From contig JBFMDT010000004.1 of the NCBI GenBank assembly GCA_040753775.1, forward strand, positions 1-56,592: DNA of 56,592 nucleotides. Direction: 5' to 3'. The first letter of the stretch is position 1, and each line of letters begins with the position of its first letter. Below are positions 17,046 through 24,685 of the stretch, piece by piece. The translations under genes and the position numbers were made by a program. Below the pieces are notes generated by a model. It was not told the origin of the DNA and did no database searches. It was given only the letters and a program-made list of their open reading frames with translations. This DNA is from Nanobdellota archaeon. GTDB taxonomy: Archaea > Nanobdellota > Nanobdellia > SCGC-AAA011-G17 > JAFCDX01.

Positions 17046-17153
17046 AGCCCTCGATGGGATTTGAACCCACAACCTATTGCTCTTCCATTTTTGCTTAAAG
17101 ATTTTTTAAATCTTTATTACGAAGCAATTGCTCTGCCGTTGAGCTACGAGGGC
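17046..17153 (-). tRNA. tRNA-Thr(CGT) with one 36-nt intron at 37/38 (17082-17117)
   Basis: GCCCTCG-TA-GCTC-AACGGCA-GAGC-A-ATTGC-TTCGTA[36 nt]A-GCAAT-AGGTT-GTGGG-TTCAAAT-CCCAT-CGAGGGC-T. Confidence 0.8.
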
Positions 17154-17154
17154 A

Positions 17155-17307
17155 TTATAGCTTTTTAATCGCTTCCTCTTTTGTATATTTTTTCTGGCAA
17201 TCAGGACAAATTGCTTTAAGCCTTCCCTTTACGTTAATATAAGCTCCTTTAATTTTACCTAAAAAAGTAACCTCAATCTTTTCCTTGCAAATATCGCACT
17301 TAACCAT
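17155..17307 (-). CDS. small zinc-ribbon protein (50 aa)
   Basis: MVKCDICKEKIEVTFLGKIKGAYINVKGRLKAICPDCQKKYTKEEAIKKL has two CxxC pairs. Below the ORF-track cut-off. Confidence 0.45.
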   Translation of the reverse strand: MVKCDICKEKIEVTFLGKIKGAYINVKGRLKAICPDCQKKYTKEEAIKKL

Positions 17308-17378
17308 AAACCAAATAAGAAACTGCTTTTTATAAAACTTCCCAAAACTTTATTAAATGTGGTAACAGCTTAAAATAG

Positions 17379-18128
17379 ATGGTAAGTATTGCTAGCCTAA
17401 AAGAGCGTGAAGAATTCTACAAAAAAGAATTCAAGATAAGCAAAGTAAAAAAATGGTTTAACGAAAACAAAATAAAACTCCGGTTCTTTGTCATCGATCC
17501 AGGTTCAGACAGCAAAATCTATAAATATAAAAGCAAAGGCCTTATCATCTTAAAGCCAAACATAAGCTACAAGGAATTAAAAAAGAAATTAATAAAATAT
17601 TTACCAGAGGATGTTTACTACGACAGAAATATCTATAAAAATGCCAGCTTGTATCTTGAAAGGGGAAATATTAAGAAAAAATTTAGCAGAAGCATAACAG
17701 ACGGAAATTGGCTTGGTCAGGAACTAGCCTTTGATGTAGACTTAGATAATTTAAAATGTGATTTATGCAAGGGAAGGGGCTTTTGTAGCAATTGCCTGCA
17801 AGAAGCCCTGAAAGATGCAATTAAAATTAAAAATGTATTAAATAAAAAATTTAAAAAAGTAGTAATTGTTTATTCTGGCCGTGGCTTTCACATCCATGTA
17901 AGGGACAAAAATGCATATAGTCTTACTCCAAAACAAAGGGCAAACCTAAATTTCAAATTCAAAAATTATGCAATAGACCCCTGGGTTAGCAAGGGTTACA
18001 TAAGACTGATAAGGTTGCCCTATTCCCTGCATGGCTTAGTATCAAGGATAGTTACGCCTTTGACAGAAAAAGAAATAAAAAAATTTAAAGAAAATAGTAA
18101 AAGGTTTATGCCAAAGTTTCTCAGCTAA
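17379..18128 (+). CDS. priS: DNA primase small (catalytic) subunit, AEP family, compact
   Basis: ELAFDVDLD (DxD), zinc knuckle CDLCKGRGFCSNC, YSGRGFHIHVRD, RLIRLPYSLHG: the three AEP primase motifs in order. Confidence 0.8.
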   Translation: MVSIASLKEREEFYKKEFKISKVKKWFNENKIKLRFFVIDPGSDSKIYKYKSKGLIILKPNISYKELKKKLIKYLPEDVYYDRNIYKNASLYLERGNIKKKFSRSITDGNWLGQELAFDVDLDNLKCDLCKGRGFCSNCLQEALKDAIKIKNVLNKKFKKVVIVYSGRGFHIHVRDKNAYSLTPKQRANLNFKFKNYAIDPWVSKGYIRLIRLPYSLHGLVSRIVTPLTEKEIKKFKENSKRFMPKFLS

Positions 18129-18250
18129 TAATCCTCTCCGCTGTCTTCTCCAATATCCTCTTCATCCTCGTCTGGCATTTCAAGCTCTTCATCCCTCTCG
18201 TAGTATTCCTTTTTCTTGTAGTATTTTTCCTTCTTTCCTTTCTTTGCCAT
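18125..18250 (-). CDS. possible 41-aa highly charged peptide (basic N-half, acidic C-half)
   Basis: MAKKGKKEKYYKKKEYYERDEELEMPDEDEEDIGEDSGEDY. AT-rich TATA-like sequence upstream. May be fortuitous. Confidence 0.25.
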   Translation of the reverse strand: MAKKGKKEKYYKKKEYYERDEELEMPDEDEEDIGEDSGEDY

Positions 18251-18356
18251 TTTATTTACCTTACTCTCTACTTTATTATATTTAAATTTATCCCCATCAA
18301 TTCAATTTTGGAAAGGTTTATATACATTTTAAATATCTTTGTTTAATAGGGCTTAA

Positions 18357-18596
18357 ATGGCAAAAAAGGTTATTCTTTACAAGACAGAATGGTGTCACTG
18401 GTGTAAGCTAGCAAAAGAGTTTTTAGAAAAGCATAAAATTAAGTTTAAGGAAATCTATGTTGACAGGGACCAAAAAGCAGCCCAGGAAATGGTAAAAAAA
18501 TCAGGCCAGATGGGGGTTCCAGTCATCGATATAGATGGAAAAATAATAGTGGGCTTTGATGAATCTTCTTTAAGAAAAGAATTAAATATAAAATGA
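18357..18596 (+). CDS. glutaredoxin-like / NrdH-like small redoxin
   Basis: 79 aa with WCHWCK (CxxC) after the first beta strand and GVPVIDIDGK, i.e. a thioredoxin fold. Confidence 0.8.
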   Translation: MAKKVILYKTEWCHWCKLAKEFLEKHKIKFKEIYVDRDQKAAQEMVKKSGQMGVPVIDIDGKIIVGFDESSLRKELNIK

Positions 18597-19522
18597 AAAA
18601 AGCCATTTACGACATTCTAATAATAGGTGGGGGTTGCGCAGGCTATGCCGCTGCAATGTATTCTGGAAGATTTCAACTCAAAACCTTAGTTCTTGGAGAC
18701 AATCTCGGAGGCACAATAACACTTACGAATGTTGTAGAAAACTATCCTGGATTTATAAGGTTAAGCGGGGAAGAATTAGCCAATAAGTTAAAAGAGCATG
18801 CTTTGGACTACAGGGATTTTGTTGAGATAAAGCAGGAAAAAGTAATTGATGTTAAAAAGAAAGGAAATTATTTTTTTGTTAAGACAGAAAAAAATGAGTA
18901 CCAAAGCAAAACAATAATATTTGCAACAGGAACTAAACATCGCGAATTAGGTGTGCCTGGGGAAAAGCAATTTGCCGGCAAGGGGGTGCATACGTGCATG
19001 CTCTGTGATGGTTACTTTTTTAAAAATAAGATTATTGGTGTTGTCGGAGGTTCTGATAGTGCTGCAAAGGAAGCAATATTGGGAACACAATGGGCAAAAA
19101 AAGTTTATATTATTTACAGGGGAGGGCAAATACATCCAGAGCCAATTAACATGGAAAGAGTTGGCCAATTAATTAAAAAAGGTAAGGTAGAGATAATAAA
19201 TAACACAAATATAAAGGAAATAAAAGGAGATAAGTTTGTTACGCATATTATTCTTGATAAGCCTTACAAAGGGAGCAAAGAGTTTAAGCTGGACGGAGTT
19301 TTCATTGAAATAGGGACTATTCCTCAATCAGAATTGGCCAAGAATTTAGGGGTTAAGCTGAATGAAAAAGGTGAGATAATGATAGATAGGGAATCAAAAA
19401 CAAATGTTAAGGGCATATTTGCAGCAGGCGATGTTGTTGATACAAAATTCAAGCAAGCCATAACTGGTGTAGGAGAGGCTGTTTCAGCATCATACTCTGC
19501 CTACAAGTATATATTTATATAA
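18593..19522 (+). CDS. trxB: thioredoxin-disulfide reductase
   Basis: GGGCAGYAAAMY FAD motif, redox-active CMLCDG, GGSDSAAKEA NAD(P)H motif, FAAGDV. ATGA overlap with the redoxin gene. Confidence 0.9.
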   Translation: MKKAIYDILIIGGGCAGYAAAMYSGRFQLKTLVLGDNLGGTITLTNVVENYPGFIRLSGEELANKLKEHALDYRDFVEIKQEKVIDVKKKGNYFFVKTEKNEYQSKTIIFATGTKHRELGVPGEKQFAGKGVHTCMLCDGYFFKNKIIGVVGGSDSAAKEAILGTQWAKKVYIIYRGGQIHPEPINMERVGQLIKKGKVEIINNTNIKEIKGDKFVTHIILDKPYKGSKEFKLDGVFIEIGTIPQSELAKNLGVKLNEKGEIMIDRESKTNVKGIFAAGDVVDTKFKQAITGVGEAVSASYSAYKYIFI

Positions 19523-19546
19523 TGTTGATAATTTAATCAAAAAAAG

Positions 19547-21058
19547 ATGGTAAATAAATATCGAGTCCACATTAATGGAAGATTTATTGATTCTAGAAGC
19601 AAGAAAACTTATAACGTCATTAATCCAGCAACAGAAGAAGTAATAGCAAAGGTTCCTTTATGTGATAAAGAGGATACAAAACATGCTGTAGAATCAGCAA
19701 GAAAGGCATTTGAAGAATGGCAGTACAGCACGCCATCTGAAAGGGCTTCTTATTTAAACAAATTGGCTGATTTAGTTGAAAAAAATTTATTAAGGCTAGC
19801 CAAACTTGAATCTCTTAACACCGGAAAAACAATAAAATATGCAAGGGACTCAGATCTTCCGTTTATTGTAGATAATCTAAGATTTTTTGCTGGGGTTGCT
19901 AGAATTCTAGAAGGCAAGGCAGATGCAGAATATGCTGACTACCATAAAAAAGAAAAGCATAAGGCATTTGGTACTTCCTCATTAAGAAGAGAGCCTATCG
20001 GGGTTGTAGGTGCAATTGTACCGTGGAACTATCCATTGTACATAGCTGTATGGAAGATCGCTCCAGCTTTAGCTGCTGGAAACACAATTGTCATAAAGCC
20101 AGCTTCCTATACACCATTAACATTGCTGGAGTTTGCAAAATTTGTTGAAAAGATTGGAATTCCAAAAGGCGTCTTCAATGTTGTAACAGGTCCTGGTGAA
20201 GTAGTCGGAACAGAATTAGCTTCTAATACAAATGTTGATATGATTGCCCTGACAGGAGATACATCAACCGGAAAGAAAATAATGCAATTGGCTTCCTCTA
20301 ATGTTAAGAGGCTTCATCTTGAGTTGGGAGGAAAGGCTCCTTTGATAGTTTTGGATGATGCTGACTTGGATGCTGCTGCCAAGGGGGCTGTTACAGGAGC
20401 ATTCTGGAATACAGGCCAGGATTGCACAGCTGTTACAAGAGTTTATGTTCCTGATAAATTACATGGCAAATTTGTCAAGATGCTTGTTGATGAAACAAAG
20501 AAGTTTAGGATTGGTGATCCCCAAAATGAGCATATAGATATGGGTCCTTTGATATCAGCCAGGCAAAGAGAAAGGATTGAGATGTATATTGAGTCTGGAA
20601 AGAAACAGGGAGCAAAAATAGTTATTGGAGGCAAGAGACCAAATATTAAAAAAGGATTTTATATAGAACCAACAATCTTTACAGATGTAAAGCACTATTC
20701 AAGAATATGCCAGGAGGAAATATTCGGCCCTGTGCTTAGTGTATTCAAGTATAGGGATGTTGATGAAGCTGTTAATAAATCAAACGATGTTGTTTATGGT
20801 CTAGCCAGCTCTGTTTGGGGCAAGAACATCAACAAATGTTTGGATATAGCAAGAAGACTTAAGTTTGGAACTGTCTGGATAAATGAGCATGGAATTTTAC
20901 TAAGCGAAATGCCTCATGGCGGTTATAAACAAAGCGGATTTGGAAAAGATTTAGGAATACAGTCTCTTGAAGAATATACACAACTAAAACATGTCTACAT
21001 AGATCAAACTAACTTGGCAAGAAAGCCATGGCATTATGTTGTCTATGGTGAACCTTAA
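19547..21058 (+). CDS. NAD(P)+-dependent aldehyde dehydrogenase
   Basis: ALDH hallmarks VPWNYPL, ELGGKAP, and catalytic Cys in FWNTGQDCTA. 503 aa. Confidence 0.9.
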   Translation: MVNKYRVHINGRFIDSRSKKTYNVINPATEEVIAKVPLCDKEDTKHAVESARKAFEEWQYSTPSERASYLNKLADLVEKNLLRLAKLESLNTGKTIKYARDSDLPFIVDNLRFFAGVARILEGKADAEYADYHKKEKHKAFGTSSLRREPIGVVGAIVPWNYPLYIAVWKIAPALAAGNTIVIKPASYTPLTLLEFAKFVEKIGIPKGVFNVVTGPGEVVGTELASNTNVDMIALTGDTSTGKKIMQLASSNVKRLHLELGGKAPLIVLDDADLDAAAKGAVTGAFWNTGQDCTAVTRVYVPDKLHGKFVKMLVDETKKFRIGDPQNEHIDMGPLISARQRERIEMYIESGKKQGAKIVIGGKRPNIKKGFYIEPTIFTDVKHYSRICQEEIFGPVLSVFKYRDVDEAVNKSNDVVYGLASSVWGKNINKCLDIARRLKFGTVWINEHGILLSEMPHGGYKQSGFGKDLGIQSLEEYTQLKHVYIDQTNLARKPWHYVVYGEP

Positions 21059-22189
21059 ATGACAATAGGCATTCTTGGTATCGGTGCTATGGGCAAGATT
21101 ATAGCCAAAGACTTATTTAAAACTTATAAAGGAAAAATTTTTCTTTTAGGGAGAGATAAAAATAGGATTAAACAGTTTGTTGGCAATAAGAAAAATGTAA
21201 TTATCAGATATGCTGATGTTTCTGATATAAAATCTATGGTAAAGGCCTTTAAAGGTATAGATATAATTATTCACGCTGTTCATCATGAATTTAATTTAAA
21301 TGTCATGAAAGCATGCTTAAAAGCTAAAACGCATTACATTGATCTAGGGGGCTTGTACTACTATACAAAAAAGCAGTTGAAATTAAACAAGCAGTTCAAA
21401 AAAGCAAAATTAACAGCTATACTCGGAATGGGTGCAGCTCCAGGAATAACAAATGTTTTAGCAAAATATGCATCAAAATTTTTAGATAAAATAGATAATA
21501 TTGAAATAAGAATAGGCTACAAGGATTTCTCAACCTACAAGCAAATATCCCCCTTATCAACTTCCTATTCCATACAAACGATACTTGAGGAATTTTCTTG
21601 GAAGCCGGTAGTATTTGTAAATGGAAAGGCTAAATTTGTTGAGCCAATATCAGGAAGAGAAGACTATAAGTTTCCTAAGCCCATTGGAATACAAAAGCCA
21701 CAATATACAATACATTCAGAAATAGCAACATTGCCGTATACCTTGAAAGCAAGAAATGTGTCATTTAAGATAGCCTTCGACGAAGATTTTGTTGATAAAG
21801 TAAAAACTTTATCTAGCTTGGGATTATTATCAGAGGAGAATATTTCAATTAAAGATAAAAAATTTATTATAAAATACATTTCTGCTAAAATTTTAAAGAG
21901 ATTGCCAGAATCAATCCCCGAGAAAATAAAAGAATTTGAAGTAATAAGGGTAGTGGGTGAGGGAAAGAAAAAGAGAATTACCCTTGATGCAAGGATAAAA
22001 GGCATTAATGAAACAATAGACAAGGATACAGGAGTTCCACCGTCTATTGTAGCCCAAATGATAGCTAAAGGAAAAATAACCGATAAAGGAGTGTTTCCTC
22101 CAGAGACTATAATTCGAGAAAAAGAATTTTTTAAAGAACTAGCTAAGAGAAAAATTTATATTTATAAAAATAATAAGATGGTTAATTAA
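21059..22189 (+). CDS. saccharopine dehydrogenase-like NAD(P)-binding oxidoreductase
   Basis: N-terminal GILGIGAMGKIIA Rossmann motif, THYIDLG, and GMGAAPGITN, typical of the Sacchrp_dh_NADP/C family. Starts one base after the ALDH stop. Confidence 0.7.
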   Translation: MTIGILGIGAMGKIIAKDLFKTYKGKIFLLGRDKNRIKQFVGNKKNVIIRYADVSDIKSMVKAFKGIDIIIHAVHHEFNLNVMKACLKAKTHYIDLGGLYYYTKKQLKLNKQFKKAKLTAILGMGAAPGITNVLAKYASKFLDKIDNIEIRIGYKDFSTYKQISPLSTSYSIQTILEEFSWKPVVFVNGKAKFVEPISGREDYKFPKPIGIQKPQYTIHSEIATLPYTLKARNVSFKIAFDEDFVDKVKTLSSLGLLSEENISIKDKKFIIKYISAKILKRLPESIPEKIKEFEVIRVVGEGKKKRITLDARIKGINETIDKDTGVPPSIVAQMIAKGKITDKGVFPPETIIREKEFFKELAKRKIYIYKNNKMVN

Positions 22190-22199
22190 AGGGGTGAAA

Positions 22200-23342
22200 A
22201 TGTTTGATTTTGTTGTTTTAGGGGCTACAGGAGAGGAAGGAAATATAGCATCAAAAGACTTATTGGAATCTGGATATTCTGTTTTATTATGCGGAAGAAA
22301 CAAAGCAAGAGTAAAGCATTTATTAAAATATAAGAAAGCAAGATTTGTCTATATTGACTTAAACGATGTGAAAAAAACAGCTTCTATCTTAAAAAAATCT
22401 GGGTCAAAAATAGCTGTTAACTGCGCTGAGCTGAGGATGAATATAAACGCCATGAAATCATGCTTGATCTCTAGATTACATTATCTTGACCTTGGGGGAC
22501 TGCAGGAAATGACAATTCAGCAGTATAAACTCAATAAAGATTTTAAAAAAAGAAAATTAACCGCACTGCTTGGTTGCGGATCAACTCCAGGAATATCAAA
22601 TGTAATGGCTGCTTATGCTGTTGATAAACTAGATTCTGTTAGTAACATAGATCTTGGATTTGCATGGAATTCCAATATGAAGGAGTTTGTTCTTCCTTAC
22701 TCTATAGAAAGCATTGTGCATGAGCTTACAACAGACCCAATAGTGTTGGAAAATGGGAAATTTAAGAAAGTAAAGGTATGCTCTCCAGAAGGCATAGTCA
22801 AGTTCATGGGCATTGGAAAGCAGAGTACCTACTGCATTGTCCATTCTGAGGTATTTACATTTAAAAAGTATTTTGGTAAAAAGGGCTTAAAGTTTGTGCA
22901 CTACAAAGCAGGATTTCCTGAGCATTCTTTTAAAGTCCTTGATATGATAATAAAGCTTGGATTTGGCTCAAAAGATCCAGTTAACTTAAAGGAGGTTAAC
23001 CTGAGGCCAATTGATTTTACTAGGGAAGTGCTTAAAAAAATAAAATACCCAAAGGGCTACAAGGAAATAGAGGACATATGGGTTAAAGTAGATGGGAAAA
23101 AGAATGGCAAATCTAAAAAAATAGAGATGGACTGCCTTGTCAGGACATTAAAGGGATGGGAAAATGTTGGAAGCAATATAGACACTGGAATGTCAATTTC
23201 CATAATGGCACAGATGCTGAATAAAAATTTGATAAAGAAAATCGGAATTACAGCACCAGAAGAGGCTGTTCCACCGTTGCAATTCTTCAAAGAGCTTAAG
23301 AAAAGAAATATGATTGTATACTCCAATAACAAGAGGCTATGA
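22200..23342 (+). CDS. saccharopine dehydrogenase-like NAD(P)-binding oxidoreductase (paralogue)
   Basis: VVLGATGEEGNIA, LHYLDLGG, GCGSTPGISN. The ATG at 22200 is preceded by GGGGTGAAA, the same SD-like context as the ATG at 49810. The track starts at GTG 22194. Confidence 0.7.
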   Translation: MFDFVVLGATGEEGNIASKDLLESGYSVLLCGRNKARVKHLLKYKKARFVYIDLNDVKKTASILKKSGSKIAVNCAELRMNINAMKSCLISRLHYLDLGGLQEMTIQQYKLNKDFKKRKLTALLGCGSTPGISNVMAAYAVDKLDSVSNIDLGFAWNSNMKEFVLPYSIESIVHELTTDPIVLENGKFKKVKVCSPEGIVKFMGIGKQSTYCIVHSEVFTFKKYFGKKGLKFVHYKAGFPEHSFKVLDMIIKLGFGSKDPVNLKEVNLRPIDFTREVLKKIKYPKGYKEIEDIWVKVDGKKNGKSKKIEMDCLVRTLKGWENVGSNIDTGMSISIMAQMLNKNLIKKIGITAPEEAVPPLQFFKELKKRNMIVYSNNKRL

Positions 23343-23538
23343 TGAAAGGGATAGTTACAAACCACTGGGGTTGGTAGGGGATGGAAAAGTAGACTTAAAG
23401 GGCCCCGATACTAAAAATAAGAAAAAGCAAACAATAAAAATAGATGAAAAGGATTTTGAAAAAATGAAGGAAGCAGCCGAGTCATGCCCTATTAATATCA
23501 TACATATAATGGATAAAAACTGGCAAAAAGATAATTAA
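23314..23538 (+). CDS. hypothetical protein with ferredoxin-like C-terminal remnant
   Basis: The C-terminus EKMKEAAESCPINIIHI resembles the tail of small single-cluster ferredoxins, but the N-terminal Cys ligands are absent. Overlaps the upstream gene by 29 nt. Confidence 0.3.
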   Translation: MYTPITRGYDERDSYKPLGLVGDGKVDLKGPDTKNKKKQTIKIDEKDFEKMKEAAESCPINIIHIMDKNWQKDN

Positions 23539-23637
23539 AATGGATTATGCAGTCCCATACGAAAGGAAAAAGAAAAAGCACAAAAGAAGATTTAGCCCTT
23601 ACAAAAGAGGCGGAGCTTTAAGAACCCAGAAAATACA

Positions 23638-24192
23638 TTAATATTCAACACCCCTACTAGCAATTGCAGGGGTTTTAATTCCATTCATACTAGTAACAAC
23701 ATCCGCTTTCTTAATCAATTCTCTATGGGCATTTCTTCCTGTTAATATAAGATTTGTTTCTTTTGGTAATTTCTTAACTAATTTCAAGACATCCTTTAGT
23801 TTAATTAATCTAAAATAAAGTGCAACACTAACCTCATCAAGAACCAATAAAAATGGCTTCTTTTTCATTTCTTTTTCTGCAAACTTTAAAGCATTGTTAG
23901 CTAATTTTATATCTTCTTTTCTAATTTTATCAGCAGAAATCTTTGCCATCTTGAACATGAATTTATGCTTTCCTTTGACTTTTGTCACAAATTCCGGTCT
24001 TCCAAACTGATATAATTTAAAATTTTTGTTTTTAAATTTTACTTCTCCAATGTCTTTCCTTCCCTTTAAAAATTGAATTATTACAACTTTTTTATTATAG
24101 CCAATCGCTCTTAAGGCATGCCCAAGAGCAGCGCTTGTCTTTCCCTCTCCATTGCCCGTAAAAACATAAACTTCACCCATTTTATAAGGCAA
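23638..24192 (-). CDS. cobA: cob(I)alamin adenosyltransferase (CobA/CobO/BtuR type)
   Basis: VFTGNGEGKTSAALGHALRAIGYNKKVVIIQFLKG plus LVLDE match the P-loop-like CobA family pattern. Confidence 0.8.
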   Translation of the reverse strand: MPYKMGEVYVFTGNGEGKTSAALGHALRAIGYNKKVVIIQFLKGRKDIGEVKFKNKNFKLYQFGRPEFVTKVKGKHKFMFKMAKISADKIRKEDIKLANNALKFAEKEMKKKPFLLVLDEVSVALYFRLIKLKDVLKLVKKLPKETNLILTGRNAHRELIKKADVVTSMNGIKTPAIASRGVEY

Positions 24193-24685
24193 AACTCCTT
24201 CCTATAAAATAGGATACTATTCCGGCTATCATGGCAACAATTACCATTTCAAATCCGCTTTTTATCCAGCTTCTTTTAGTTAGTCTACCCCTAAAAATGC
24301 CTATGCCGAACAAAGCTAAAATTGTTAAAACTATCGATAAAATTCTTGCTGCTTGTATATTTAAGAATAAAAAGGGTATAACTATTATCGCACCGAATAG
24401 GCATGCAATAAACATTACAGCAGCGCTTAATACAGGATTTTTAAATTCTTCATGCTTTAATACCTGCGCTTGGGATTTGGTTGACAGATAACTGCCGGCT
24501 GCCATTGATATGGCATTTGATAGCATAACTAATAACCCTGTTAGAATTATTAAACTATTTTCATTAACAGCAGCACTCATTCCAAGCACTGCCCCAAAAG
24601 TAACCATTAGCCCGTCTTCCCCGCCAAATACCCAGTCCTTTATTGTCAGCTTTGTTTCCCTTATTAGAAATTTCTTTATTTTCAT
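24182..24685 (-). CDS. VIT1/CCC1-family membrane protein (putative Fe/Mn transporter)
   Basis: FGGEDGLMVTFGAVLGMSAA plus 4-5 TM helices. Start placed at the ATG forming a TAATG overlap with the nrdJ stop; the track start at 24706 is the alternative. Confidence 0.65.
   Translation of the reverse strand: MKIKKFLIRETKLTIKDWVFGGEDGLMVTFGAVLGMSAAVNENSLIILTGLLVMLSNAISMAAGSYLSTKSQAQVLKHEEFKNPVLSAAVMFIACLFGAIIVIPFLFLNIQAARILSIVLTILALFGIGIFRGRLTKRSWIKSGFEMVIVAMIAGIVSYFIGRSFAL

Noticed and set aside
23540-23641. 33-aa basic ORF (MDYAVPYERKKKKHKRRFSPYKRGGALRTQKIH)
   Set aside because: It is plausible as a micro-protein, but it has no motif, overlaps the cobA stop, and cannot be supported without conservation data.
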